64,000 nucleotides of DNA from Deltaproteobacteria bacterium. GTDB lineage: Bacteria; Myxococcota; Kuafuiibacteriia; Kuafuiibacteriales; Kuafuiibacteriaceae. The stretch is from positions 384,001 to 448,000 of the forward strand of contig JAVJQW010000012.1 of NCBI GenBank assembly GCA_040218735.1, read 5' to 3'. Both the position numbers and the translations under genes were made by a program. Positions 11,401 to 20,156 of the stretch are shown here, piece by piece; position 1 is the first letter of the stretch; each line of letters opens with the position of its first letter. The notes under the pieces were generated by a model. The model was not told the DNA's origin, ran no database searches, and saw only the letters and a program-made list of their open reading frames with translations.

Positions 11401-11614
11401 GTTCGTGTGGCGAACGCGGGGCGTGCGGGAGGGCGTCGCGTGGAATGGGCACCACCACGATCTCGGCGCGACCGGGAACCTGTCGGTGGAAGCGCTGGTC
11501 ACGGCGCCGGGGGCGGATACCTCCGGCTGCGGCTGTCACGCGGCGTCCGGCCGACGCGGCGAGGGGCTGCTCGCGCTCGTGTTCCTGACGCTGTTCCTGC
11601 GGCGACGCCGCTGA
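8483..11614 (+). CDS. Subtilase (S8)-like protein with FG-GAP repeats and MYXO-CTERM anchor; catalytic triad apparently lost
   Basis: Signal peptide; DDDGDGYVDDIAGWD and NNGIGGAGVCPDC subtilase context; several DLDGDG repeats; C-terminal GCGC-hydrophobic helix-RRRR. Start inferred at GTG 8483. Confidence 0.8.
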   Translation: MLGAALTAVTLTAIAFNPNWPPDRTDLPAEAFARPDAMPDDPEFAPGVDGCGGQHGLYGFVPDCASNVAEPRVGSAVDRAWVWTTGHPSVVIAPLGDGVDWSDADLVGRWALDPGEVPAPETSSVAVGHDVNGDGAFDVRDYTNATGTVAPTLDRVIDATLLARADRGDVNGNGLLDPQDILRIFSNGVDDDGDGYVDDIAGWDHVDDDNDPGVVGGASRAARTIAGQANNGIGGAGVCPDCRLLPLRVARRGRAFANPLALALRYASDQGVTVVASFVEALEATALLAAATNDAIDEGVLIVAAAGVGPRRPVAWDPDRVLFVGGVGYDADDARDATTSLAPDPCAGFGAHLALAGPGRCDEGGAAVVAGVAALVASAARGIPERGVAPIAVGPDALRTLLTSSAEDVRPEETEAPALSPATATRRGWDERTGAGRVDALAAIEALVRRELPSAARITTPPWYAVIDPTTTNRLRVAGPVEVTDGERVTWTLAAAAGAEPELDTFQTIASGTIETSSEVEGELDVIGLFADTAAAARTLGAYQVTVQLSTRRTMDGEAIVGETRRAFSVHRDLALLPGYPVDVGAGVVSGPRVVELDGAPHVVVATVDGELLAYDRFGERSELLNVQTPTSTRTGAREVIFATFSAAMDDGPWFVVRGLQGTLTVVDPSGTSRTIVEASGFGATSSPALFDLDGDGAFEIITSRGFDVFVRRRDGAVVDGWPQRVDGASGTPSIGDVDGDGAAEIVVATATQIYVFEADGTLTDDAPLRLPVPDVAPPARFFAPSAALGDLDGDGRLDIVAPVLGGAAVQVDTGARTVTTARSTSRGVDVAAEGPPLVGATNAVALGRIAGDSPSTVLMLASVPTLGGLGAAEVAERAVGSFDDDGDLETGFPRAIEGGSELDVLLADIDGDGRPELLFSEADRLRAVAYDGSRPPGFAKLTGDEVVATPVVEDLDGDGLLELVAVTRTGRLFVWRTRGVREGVAWNGHHHDLGATGNLSVEALVTAPGADTSGCGCHAASGRRGEGLLALVFLTLFLRRRR

Positions 11615-11681
11615 AACGAAAGAAGCGGGCGCGACCCCGAAGGCCAGCCCGCTCCTTGGCGACCGGCCAAGGGGCCGGTCG
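11614..11681 (-). terminator. Intrinsic terminator hairpins downstream of atpE
   Basis: Stems AGCGGGC/GCCCGCT (11624-11653) and CGACCGGCC/GGCCGGTCG (11660-11681); a U-rich tract follows on the minus strand, between convergent genes. Confidence 0.6.
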
Positions 11682-11695
11682 ATTTCGCGTGAACC

Positions 11696-12028
11696 TTACA
11701 GCGCGACGATCTTCCCCTGGAGGAAGAACGCGATGACGAGCGCGAAGAGCACGAGGGACTCCGTCATCGCGAGGGCGATGATCATCGGGGTCTGCACCTT
11801 CGGCGCGGCCTGCGGGTTACGCGCGATGCCCTCGAGGGCGGCCGCCGCGGTACGCGCCTGACCGAGCGCGCCACCGAACGTGCCGAGGCCCATGCAGAGC
11901 GCGGCCGCGAGGGCGACGTAGCCCACGTAGTCCTTCGCGCCGCCGCCGCCGCCGCTCTGGGCGAAGGCCGGCGCCGCGACGAGCAGCGTGGCGAGGAGGG
12001 TGGTGATGGAGGCAATGAACTTCTTCAT
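11696..12028 (-). CDS. atpE: ATP synthase F0 subunit c
   Basis: EGIARNPQA loop, [13 protein letters not shown] with the conserved Glu, and a Gly-rich first helix. ATG 12028 follows AAGGA. Confidence 0.95.
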   Translation of the reverse strand: MKKFIASITTLLATLLVAAPAFAQSGGGGGAKDYVGYVALAAALCMGLGTFGGALGQARTAAAALEGIARNPQAAPKVQTPMIIALAMTESLVLFALVIAFFLQGKIVAL

Positions 12029-12153
12029 GGTGTTTTCCTTTGTTCGATCGTCGTCCCTTCGGCTTCGCGTCTTCGCTGCCTCTACCTTCTCTCTACCGAC
12101 CAACCCGTTGCGATTCGTCGAAGTGAAGACCGACGTTCCTTTCAAGAGATTGT

Positions 12154-12969
12154 TTAGTGCGCCGCGGCCCCTTCGCCGTGGCCGTGACCGTGCGCGTGCT
12201 CGTGGTGCTCGACGTTGGCCTCGACCTCGCCGATGTACACACACGAAAGCAGGATGAAGATGAACACCTGCACCAGCGCCACGAACGTCCCGAGCGCCAC
12301 GAAGGGGATCGGGAGGAGCAGCGGGAAGATGCCGACGAACACGCCGAGCACGAGGTGGTCACCCGCGATGTTGCAGAGCAGACGAACCGAGAGGCTCACC
12401 GGACGGATGCAGTGCGAGATGATCTCGACCGGGAGGAACAGCGGCGCGAGGAACCAGCCCCACGGCTCGCCGACCGGGTTCGCCATGTGGGCGATGTGGC
12501 CCATGCCGAGGCGCCGGAACGCGTCGAAGTTGTAGTAGATGAACACGATCGTCCCGCACGCGAACGTCGTGTTGAAGTTCTCCGTCGGCGGCAGGAACCC
12601 CGGAATCAGGCCCAGGAGGTTCGAGAACAGGATGAAGAACGCGAGCGGGCCGATGATCCAGAAGTGCCGAATCGCCGCCTGACGGCTCATCGTGAACTGC
12701 ATGATCGAGAGCAGGCCCTCCATCATCAGCTCCACCAGGTTGCGCGAGGTCAGCGACGCATCCGGGAGGATGTCCCCGCCCGCCCGATTCAGGCCGGCGC
12801 GAGCCGACAGGGCGAAGAGGAGCATCACGAGGATGACGAGGAGGAGCGCAGCGATGTGCTGGGTGTGGACCGGATCCGCGAACAGCCACCCGGGACCGAA
12901 GCTCTCGATGGAGTGCTCCAGCTCGTGGAACCCGGGGACGAAGTTCAGCCAACTGGTGTGCTCGGGCAT
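12154..12969 (-). CDS. atpB: ATP synthase F0 subunit a
   Basis: [26 protein letters not shown] with the essential Arg, and [17 protein letters not shown]. Alternative GTG start at 12981. Confidence 0.95.
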   Translation of the reverse strand: MPEHTSWLNFVPGFHELEHSIESFGPGWLFADPVHTQHIAALLLVILVMLLFALSARAGLNRAGGDILPDASLTSRNLVELMMEGLLSIMQFTMSRQAAIRHFWIIGPLAFFILFSNLLGLIPGFLPPTENFNTTFACGTIVFIYYNFDAFRRLGMGHIAHMANPVGEPWGWFLAPLFLPVEIISHCIRPVSLSVRLLCNIAGDHLVLGVFVGIFPLLLPIPFVALGTFVALVQVFIFILLSCVYIGEVEANVEHHEHAHGHGHGEGAAAH

Positions 12970-12981
12970 CGCGCCCGCCAC

Positions 12982-13425
12982 CTAACCTAGTTCGTCCTCG
13001 TTGTCTCCCATTTCCTGCGCGATGCGGGCCTCGGCTTCGCGGATGGCTTCGAGGCCCTCTTTCGACGTCGATCCGCGGTTCAAACCGAGCACGAGAAGCA
13101 TCAGGCCGATCCCCAACCCGATGAGGAGACCGAGCTCGTGGACGCCCCAGACCGCGAGACACGCCCACAATAAACCCGCGACGATCGTGAGCTTTCCCAC
13201 GAGCACCAGCGTGAAGACCCCCTTCGTGGTCCCGGAGACCGTCGGATCGAGGAGGCGCCCGACGAGGTACGTCAGCGCGACGCCGTCGAACACGATCAAC
13301 ATCCCGCCCGTGATGAAGCCGAGCGCGGGGTCCTGCCCCCAGATGATCCACAGCAACAGCGTCAGCGCCCCGAGCACCGCCGAAGCGAGCCGCAGCACGT
13401 GGACCAACAATACGTTCGCGAGCAC
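12982..13425 (-). CDS. atpI: ATP synthase subunit I-like membrane protein
   Basis: Four hydrophobic helices; sits immediately upstream of atpB. Confidence 0.75.
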   Translation of the reverse strand: MLANVLLVHVLRLASAVLGALTLLLWIIWGQDPALGFITGGMLIVFDGVALTYLVGRLLDPTVSGTTKGVFTLVLVGKLTIVAGLLWACLAVWGVHELGLLIGLGIGLMLLVLGLNRGSTSKEGLEAIREAEARIAQEMGDNEDELG

Positions 13426-13632
13426 TCAGTCCTCCTTCGACGCCTCGGCCGCGGCGCGCCAGATGCACCGCCCCGCGACGAGCGTCCCGAACCCGAAGCC
13501 GGCGAGCGTCAGCCAGGGCGACGTGCCGAAGCGCCCGTCCGCCCAGTAGCCGGCGACGAGGCCACCGACGATCGCGACGCCGATCTCGATCCCGAGCGCG
13601 CTCGCCCGTCCGCCGCTGCCGAGTCCGGCCAC
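13426..13632 (-). CDS. atpZ: AtpZ/AtpI family (ATPase gene 1) protein
   Basis: GYWADGRFGTSPWLTLAG motif, two TM helices, first gene of the F0 cluster. Confidence 0.8.
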   Translation of the reverse strand: MAGLGSGGRASALGIEIGVAIVGGLVAGYWADGRFGTSPWLTLAGFGFGTLVAGRCIWRAAAEASKED

Positions 13633-13671
13633 GACTCGATTCGGTGCGAAGGGGCCGGACGAGTCAACCGA

Positions 13672-16671
13672 TCAGAGCGTGCGCAGCGTGCCGTCGAGAC
13701 CGACGGCGTAGAAGGTGCGGTCCGGGGCGATGTAGAGGTAGCGGATGTCGAGCGTCGTGAGCTCGTCGAGCGTCGCGCTGTCGATGCCCTCCTCCAGCCA
13801 CGGGTCGAAGATGAAGTTCGATCCGAAGTTGTGGTGCTCGGGACGATAGGTCTGGGACCACCAGCCGCGGAGCACGATCGGGTTCGTCGTGAGACCGGTG
13901 ATCGTCGTGGCGTCCCACGCGATGAGCGGAGCGGTGTAGCCCGCGATCGCGCCGGTCGGGTTCGGCGGCCAGTACAGGCGCGTGTTCACGGTGACGCCGT
14001 TGGGGCCGTCGATGTCCTCCTCGTGGAGGATGTGCGCGGGCGTGAGGTCGTCCGGGCCGGTGCACGGCTGCAGGTTGATGACGTCCTGGGTCGTCGTCGT
14101 CGAGCCCATCCAGTCCACGAGGGGCTTCGGCGTCGCGTAGTCGATCCACACGTACTTCGAGAAGTCGTCGTAGGTGAACAGCGGCGAGCGCCAGTCCTCG
14201 ACCTCCCGCACCGTGTGTGTCTCGATCGAGAACGTGCGGGCCCCGGACATCTCGTCGTCCGCGTAGGACTCGACGAGGGTCGTGCCGTCGATCGTGTGGG
14301 TCGCGCCCGGGAACGTGCGCAGGTCACCATCGGACTGGACGCGGCTCCGATCGCGGAGGTGCTCGACCGCGACGCGACCGAAGATCCCGGCGTCGAGGCT
14401 CGCTTCGTCGAGCCAGCTCGCGGTGGTCTCGATCGTCCAGCGCGACTTCCCGCGGTGCATCGAGAAGACGTCGCCGTACTCCCCCTGGAAGGTGCACAGC
14501 TCGACGGACGACCCGAGCAGGAACGCGGGGGTCGTCGTGTTGGGTCGGGTCTGAGGGATGCGGCGGACCTGCTTGAGGATGAGGTCACCCGGCTCGATCT
14601 TCTTGTACTCGAAGTCGAGGAGGAACGAATCGAGGGTCGGGTGGCGGCTCGCGTACGCGTCGGTGACCCGTCGCGTGAGATCGAGGAGCGCGAAGTACTC
14701 GTTCGGGTCCTCCAGCACGGTCGTGCCGAGCGTGACGAGGCTCGACGGCTCGCGGAGCACGAGGCTCGGGTCACCCTGGTTCGGGAGGTACGCGTTCATC
14801 ACCTCGGGCGGCGCGCCGGTCTCGGGGTTCGTCACGGAGACCGCGCCCGGCTGGCTCACGATCTGCGCGGTGATCCACGTGGGGGAGTCGTGGTCCATGA
14901 CGACGACGCCGTTGGCCAGCTCGATCGCGTCGGGGAACGAGTGGTGCACGAGCACGCCCATCGCGACCTGGGACTCGTCGACGCCGTGACGCAGACGCTC
15001 CATGAACGCGTTGTCGTTGTAGAAGCTGGCGTACACCTTCTTGATGGCGCGGTAGACACCGCGCTCCTTGGCGCGCTCGGGGTCGCACTGGCTCGGACCT
15101 TCCTCGTCGGCGTCGGTGTCGTCGGCGAGGCAGCCGCTGTAGCTGTCGTAGAGGCCGGCGCCCGAGAAGACGTCGCTGTCCTCGACGTTCGTCGACGAGC
15201 GGAAGCGGATCTTCTTCGCCGGGTCGAAGGGCGCGAGCGCCGCGGCGATCGCGGTGCGCTGCTCGGCGGTGAAGCTCGCGTCCTCGATCAGCGTGCGGAT
15301 CTCGTCGAGCTTCACATCGAGCTCGGCGACGTTCGGCGGGAACGTGACGCCGGCGAGGCGATCGTCGATCTCCTGCGCGAGGGTCTTGTTGGTCGGGAGC
15401 GTCTGCGCGAGGAAGGCGTCCCAGAGGTCGAAGGACAGCGCGACCGCCTGCGGGGAGTCATCGGGAACGACGTCGCGCAGGAGGCCGAAGTTGGCCGCCT
15501 TGCCGCCGAAGTACACGATGTCCGAATCGTCGAGGTCGTCGACGGAGCCGCTGATCGCGCCGAGGGACTGCTTGGCGGGGATGGTCAGCGGGGGCGGCGC
15601 CTTGAGCGCGCGCAGGGCGGCGAGCATCGCAGGGTCGAGCGCGTCGATGTCGGTGACCTCCACGTCGCACGTGCCGGTGAAGGCGTCGTACGCGGCGACC
15701 GCGACGGTCTTGCCGACGAGCGCGGCGGGGACTTCGTCGATCTGCGCGAAGGGCACGCCGTAGGAGCGCGCGAGGATCGCGACGTGAGAGTTCGGCGTGG
15801 ACGGCGACTCGGAGAGGACGCCGGCGACGAACGGGATCTCGGCGGGGACCGCGTTGGTGAGGAGGATGTCTTCCGCGGTGAGCGCGCCGGTTCGGTAGGC
15901 TTCGTCGATCTGGTCGGCCTCGACGCGCACGAGCTTCCCGACGGCCCACCCGGGCGCGTAACACGGGAGCGACGTGCCCCACCGGCTCACGCTCGACACC
16001 TCGACCCCGCGGTCCGAGAGCCAGCCGCGCCACTGATCCGCGGACGCCTGCTGCTCGAAAGTCGGCATGTAGAAGGGTTGGGTGTTTTCGGAGGCGTCGA
16101 TGCTGGCGACCACGAGGTCGAAGACGATGCGCACCATCTCGGGGTGATAGGCGTCCTGGCGGACGAGCTGCACACCGAGCTCCTCGACGTCTGGACTGGG
16201 CGGGAACAACACCGCGCCGAAGATGACCTCCTGGCCTTCCTCGTGGAGCGACTGCGCGTCGAGCTCGGCGCGCGTGAGGCCGACGAACGGGTCGAGGTGC
16301 GCCGACGCGAAATCGTAGTGGTAGGCGTACACGCGCCCGTCCTGGAAGTAGACCTTGGACGGGTCGCGCATCAGCACCGCGAACTTCACCCAACGAATTT
16401 CGTCGCCGACGTCGCGCGCGGGGTTTCGAAATTCGTCGTCGGGCGCCGAGATGCGGTTCTTCCACGCGTCGGACGGGGTGATCGTGATGGGGCCCGTCTC
16501 GACCGGCCACTCGAACTCGCTCGGATCGGGGCCTCCGTCGCGCTCGGAGCCGCCGTCGTGCACCACCCCCGCATCCGAAGGCGCGGGGCCGGGTTCGTTG
16601 GATTTCTCGGTGCAGGCGAACGCAAAGAAAACGGCGGCGAGGGGAGCGAAAACGCGAATGAAATTCGTCAT
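13672..16671 (-). CDS. Lipoprotein with PEP-utiliser phospho-His swivel motif and PPDK_N ATP-grasp domain
   Basis: Lipobox FAFAC; STPNSHVAILARSYGVP; FGGKAANFG; RFRSSTNVEDSDVFSGAGLYDS; AIKKVYASFYN...AMGVLVH. Confidence 0.85.
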   Translation of the reverse strand: MTNFIRVFAPLAAVFFAFACTEKSNEPGPAPSDAGVVHDGGSERDGGPDPSEFEWPVETGPITITPSDAWKNRISAPDDEFRNPARDVGDEIRWVKFAVLMRDPSKVYFQDGRVYAYHYDFASAHLDPFVGLTRAELDAQSLHEEGQEVIFGAVLFPPSPDVEELGVQLVRQDAYHPEMVRIVFDLVVASIDASENTQPFYMPTFEQQASADQWRGWLSDRGVEVSSVSRWGTSLPCYAPGWAVGKLVRVEADQIDEAYRTGALTAEDILLTNAVPAEIPFVAGVLSESPSTPNSHVAILARSYGVPFAQIDEVPAALVGKTVAVAAYDAFTGTCDVEVTDIDALDPAMLAALRALKAPPPLTIPAKQSLGAISGSVDDLDDSDIVYFGGKAANFGLLRDVVPDDSPQAVALSFDLWDAFLAQTLPTNKTLAQEIDDRLAGVTFPPNVAELDVKLDEIRTLIEDASFTAEQRTAIAAALAPFDPAKKIRFRSSTNVEDSDVFSGAGLYDSYSGCLADDTDADEEGPSQCDPERAKERGVYRAIKKVYASFYNDNAFMERLRHGVDESQVAMGVLVHHSFPDAIELANGVVVMDHDSPTWITAQIVSQPGAVSVTNPETGAPPEVMNAYLPNQGDPSLVLREPSSLVTLGTTVLEDPNEYFALLDLTRRVTDAYASRHPTLDSFLLDFEYKKIEPGDLILKQVRRIPQTRPNTTTPAFLLGSSVELCTFQGEYGDVFSMHRGKSRWTIETTASWLDEASLDAGIFGRVAVEHLRDRSRVQSDGDLRTFPGATHTIDGTTLVESYADDEMSGARTFSIETHTVREVEDWRSPLFTYDDFSKYVWIDYATPKPLVDWMGSTTTTQDVINLQPCTGPDDLTPAHILHEEDIDGPNGVTVNTRLYWPPNPTGAIAGYTAPLIAWDATTITGLTTNPIVLRGWWSQTYRPEHHNFGSNFIFDPWLEEGIDSATLDELTTLDIRYLYIAPDRTFYAVGLDGTLRTL

Positions 16672-16792
16672 GATTCTTCAGAAAGCTGAGGAGGAATCGA
16701 CGATCCGCGACGCTGAAGACGCGATCTCGGCGCTCCCGCTCAGCTCCGCGTGCTTGCGAAGCAAAGCACGCGCCAGCAAGGGTCGAACCGCG

Positions 16793-18604
16793 GTGAATGA
16801 AACCAAGCGCCGTCGGCCACTGCTCAGGGCGGTGGTCTCCCCGAAGCAAACCTCGTGGGCGCTCCTCGGTTGTGTGCTGGCGTGCTCGTCCGGAGAGTCG
16901 CTGGAGCTCGAGGACACACCACCGCCTCCCCCGGCGGCGACGTGTGTGACCATCGCTTCCGACGTCGCCTCGATCCCCGTGGCCGCGTCGGTCCCGGCCC
17001 GAGGCGTCCTGACCCCGAAGGCTCCCGACGGCGCTGACCTTCGGGGGACCGGGCTCCGCCTCCTGCCGCGCGACCCGTCGGTGATGATGCCGGTCGACTG
17101 GAGCACGTGGTCGGACGGACGCGTCGAGTGGACCGCCGAGGTCATCCCCGGCGACTACGACGTCACGCTGACGGAGGGCTCCCAGGGCGGCCACTTCCAC
17201 CAGAGCCCGTTCACGACGCTGACGATCGACGGACTAGAGGTCGCGCCGCAGGACGTTCCGGTCGCGCGGTGGACGCTCACGCCGAAGTCACCGCGGGACC
17301 CGAATCAGTACCTCTTCGTCGTGAAGGACGCGGAGCCCCCGGAGCTCTACAGCGACACCTGGTACGTGGCCCCGGGGACGTACCGCGCCGTGCACGTTTC
17401 GACCGCGCCGTTCTGCCAGGACCGGCTCGGGTGCGGCGTCGGTTACGTCTCGGACGCGACGCGGATCGAAGGCGACGTCGTGACCGAGGTCGATCTGGCC
17501 CCCGTCACCACGACGCTGCAACTCACGGACGGCACGAACCCTGTCGTAGCCGACAACCCCGTGGTCGTCCTCCTCACTTCGAAGCTGCTCGGCGAGACCG
17601 TGGGCTTCACGATTCGGACGGGGATGGATCACGTCGAGGCGCTGGTCGTGCCCGGCGACTACGACGTCGCGATCAACCTCGTCGGTGTGGCTCATCGGGT
17701 CGCACGGGACGTCCACATCGTCGGAGGGACCGTCGAGGTGATCGCGCCGCCGGGGCCTCGGGGCGGGCGGAGCCTCTCGGGCGTCGCGCGCTACGACGGC
17801 GGCGACTTCCCCGGTGACCTCGAGGGTGCCTCGATCGAGCTCGTCGACCCCACCGGCTCCGTCGACCCGGTGTCCATGACCATCCGCCGGTTCCCCCAGA
17901 CCGGGAACGCTCACTTTCGTCGGGACGACATCGCGCCCGCGGTCTACGACGCCTACTTCGTGCCGGCCGAGTGCCCGGACCTCGATCAACCGCTCCCCTG
18001 CGCGCCCTCCCGCGTCCTCGAAGGCGTCGATCTCACGGTGCTCGATCGAGAAGTCGAGATCGATCTTGGCCCCGAGGTCGTCACGGTCGATCTGATGCTC
18101 GACTCGGAGCCGCTGCGCTTCGGCATGACGCCGATCCGGCTTCGCCTGACTTCGATGGACCATGAAGGCTTCACGACGACGTTCGAGGTCGGTCGCGCGA
18201 CGGTCCAGGTCGGGCTGCTCCCGGGCGCCTACCGCGTTCAACTCGTCGGGACCGGCGTCGACCTGTTCGGCGTCTTCGAAACACACGTCGACATCGACGC
18301 TCCGACTTCGGTGCTCCTGGACGCTCGTTCGATTCGGACCACGCTGCACGCCGAGCTCGACGGACGACCGTACACCCCCGTCGACGCGGTCGACGTCGCG
18401 CTCGAGCCAAACGCCAGCAGCACCTTCTCGAATCCGCTCGAGCTCGAATGGAGCGCCGCGGAACCGATCACCGCGCGGCTCCTCGTCGGCGACTACACCC
18501 TGACCTGGGATGCGGCGCGGTGGTGCGCCGACGACCTCCCCGACGACGAGCCGCGAGCGTGCGCCGGCCACCGAATCCCGGTCTGCGTCGAAGCGCCCGA
18601 ATGA
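16793..18604 (+). CDS. Hypothetical lipoprotein with repeated beta-sandwich modules
   Basis: Lipobox VLAC, Pro-rich linker, recurring PGxYxV motifs. Start inferred. Confidence 0.7.
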   Translation: MNETKRRRPLLRAVVSPKQTSWALLGCVLACSSGESLELEDTPPPPPAATCVTIASDVASIPVAASVPARGVLTPKAPDGADLRGTGLRLLPRDPSVMMPVDWSTWSDGRVEWTAEVIPGDYDVTLTEGSQGGHFHQSPFTTLTIDGLEVAPQDVPVARWTLTPKSPRDPNQYLFVVKDAEPPELYSDTWYVAPGTYRAVHVSTAPFCQDRLGCGVGYVSDATRIEGDVVTEVDLAPVTTTLQLTDGTNPVVADNPVVVLLTSKLLGETVGFTIRTGMDHVEALVVPGDYDVAINLVGVAHRVARDVHIVGGTVEVIAPPGPRGGRSLSGVARYDGGDFPGDLEGASIELVDPTGSVDPVSMTIRRFPQTGNAHFRRDDIAPAVYDAYFVPAECPDLDQPLPCAPSRVLEGVDLTVLDREVEIDLGPEVVTVDLMLDSEPLRFGMTPIRLRLTSMDHEGFTTTFEVGRATVQVGLLPGAYRVQLVGTGVDLFGVFETHVDIDAPTSVLLDARSIRTTLHAELDGRPYTPVDAVDVALEPNASSTFSNPLELEWSAAEPITARLLVGDYTLTWDAARWCADDLPDDEPRACAGHRIPVCVEAPE

Positions 18605-18607
18605 CGC

Positions 18608-19297
18608 TCAGGACGCCAACATCACGAGCGCGGTGATCGCCGCCGCCGCGGTCTCCGTACGGAGCGTGTGCTCGCCGAGGGTCACCGAAGTGAACCCCGC
18701 CTCTCGCGCCGCCTCGACCTCGGCCGGCGAAAGGCCCCCCTCCGGTCCGACGAGGACCTCGAGATCCGACGAGGTGCTCGGCGCGTACGCCGTCGCGCCG
18801 TCGATCGCGAACACCCACGACGCGCTCGCCCGCGGCTCGGCGAGCAGATCCGCGAACGCCGTGACCGGTCGCAGCTCCGGACGCCACGCCCGCCCCGACA
18901 CCCGCACCGCGTCGTCGACGATCTGACGCCAGCGATCCTGACGCCCCATCGAACGCGCCACCGCGCGCTCGCTGATGACCGGGATGATCCGCGAGACCCC
19001 CAGCTCGGTCGTCTGCCGGACGATCTGATCCATCTTCTCGCCCTTCGCGACGCACTGGATCAGCGTCAGCGTTCGCGAAGGGCGCGGCACGAACCGCGGC
19101 GCCGACACGTTCAACACCACGCTGCGTTTGTCAGCGTGCTCGATCCGCGCGCGCGCCACGCGCCCCGCGCCGTCCGTGAGCTCGAGCTCCACGGAAGCGT
19201 CGAGACGTAAGACGTCCCGAAGGTAGTGCGCCGCATCCGAGGGCAGCCGCAGCGGCCCCTCCGCGAGGACCTCGTCCGACAGCACGAGGCGTCGCAC
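18608..19297 (-). CDS. rsmE: 16S rRNA m3U1498 methyltransferase
   Basis: HYLRDVLRL, KGEKMDQIVRQTTELGV, VGPEGG and LGEHTLRTETAA motifs. Confidence 0.95.
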   Translation of the reverse strand: MRRLVLSDEVLAEGPLRLPSDAAHYLRDVLRLDASVELELTDGAGRVARARIEHADKRSVVLNVSAPRFVPRPSRTLTLIQCVAKGEKMDQIVRQTTELGVSRIIPVISERAVARSMGRQDRWRQIVDDAVRVSGRAWRPELRPVTAFADLLAEPRASASWVFAIDGATAYAPSTSSDLEVLVGPEGGLSPAEVEAAREAGFTSVTLGEHTLRTETAAAAITALVMLAS

Positions 19298-19298
19298 G

Positions 19299-20156
19299 TC
19301 AGCTCCGCATCAGATCGATCCGCACCCACTCGGCGCGCGGCTCGATACGCTCCAGCGTCAGCCCCGCCGCGACGTAGGCCGCGGCGACGTCCTCGGCCTG
19401 CGTCCCGAGGATCCCGGAGAGCGCGAGGCGCCCGCCCGGCGCGACCCGCGCGGCGAGCGACGGCGCCATGTCGATCAGCGGCTGCGCGAGGATGTTCGCG
19501 ACGACGAAGTCGTAGGTGCCGTCGAGCTCTTCGATCGGCGTCGTCGAGAAGTCGACGCGCTCCGCCAGCGCGTTCTTCTCGGCGTTCTCGTCGGAGACCA
19601 GGATCGCCTCCGGGTCGTTGTCGACGCCGACCGCGCTCGGCGCGCCGACCAGCAGCGCCGCGAGCGCGAGGATGCCGGTGCCACACCCCACGTCGAGCAC
19701 CGGCGTCGACGGCCGAAGCTCGACGATGCGATCGAGGATCGATCCCGTCGACACGTGCTGGCCGGTCCCGAACGCGCTCGACGGATCGATCCGCAGCACG
19801 AACTGCGCATCGTCCGGCGGTTCGATCCAGGACGGCACCACCCACAGCCCGCCGAACTGCATCGGCGCGAAGTGCTGCTTCCAGTGCGTCGACCAATCGA
19901 TGTCGTCGAGCGCGCGCCGCGCGATGCCCGCGCCGGTCACGCCGACGGCTTCGAGCACCTCCTCCACCCGGGCGGTCACGTCCTCCGCGAGCTCGAACGA
20001 CGCCACGACCACGAGCGGCCGCGCCGAGTCCTGAACCTCGAGTCCCGCGGCGCCGGCCTCGAAGAGCGCACCGCACAGGATGTCGAAGTCGTCGTCCTCC
20101 GTGCCGAGCTCGGGGGGCAACGTGATGTCCACGGCGACGTACTGGGGTTCGCTCAT
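19299..20156 (-). CDS. prmA: Ribosomal protein L11 methyltransferase
   Basis: DWSTHWKQHF, IDPSSAFGTGQHVST, LDVGCGTGILA and VVANILA; adjacent to rsmE. Confidence 0.95.
   Translation of the reverse strand: MSEPQYVAVDITLPPELGTEDDDFDILCGALFEAGAAGLEVQDSARPLVVVASFELAEDVTARVEEVLEAVGVTGAGIARRALDDIDWSTHWKQHFAPMQFGGLWVVPSWIEPPDDAQFVLRIDPSSAFGTGQHVSTGSILDRIVELRPSTPVLDVGCGTGILALAALLVGAPSAVGVDNDPEAILVSDENAEKNALAERVDFSTTPIEELDGTYDFVVANILAQPLIDMAPSLAARVAPGGRLALSGILGTQAEDVAAAYVAAGLTLERIEPRAEWVRIDLMRS

Noticed and set aside
11740-11870. Possible Na+-coupled c-ring (Gln plus ES motif)
   Set aside because: The full Q...ES(T)xxY signature is incomplete (ESLVLF), so ion specificity cannot be called.
13399-16689. 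1096-aa plus-strand ORF
   Set aside because: Antisense shadow of the dikinase-like gene; Arg/Val/Gly-rich, no motifs, expected at this GC content.
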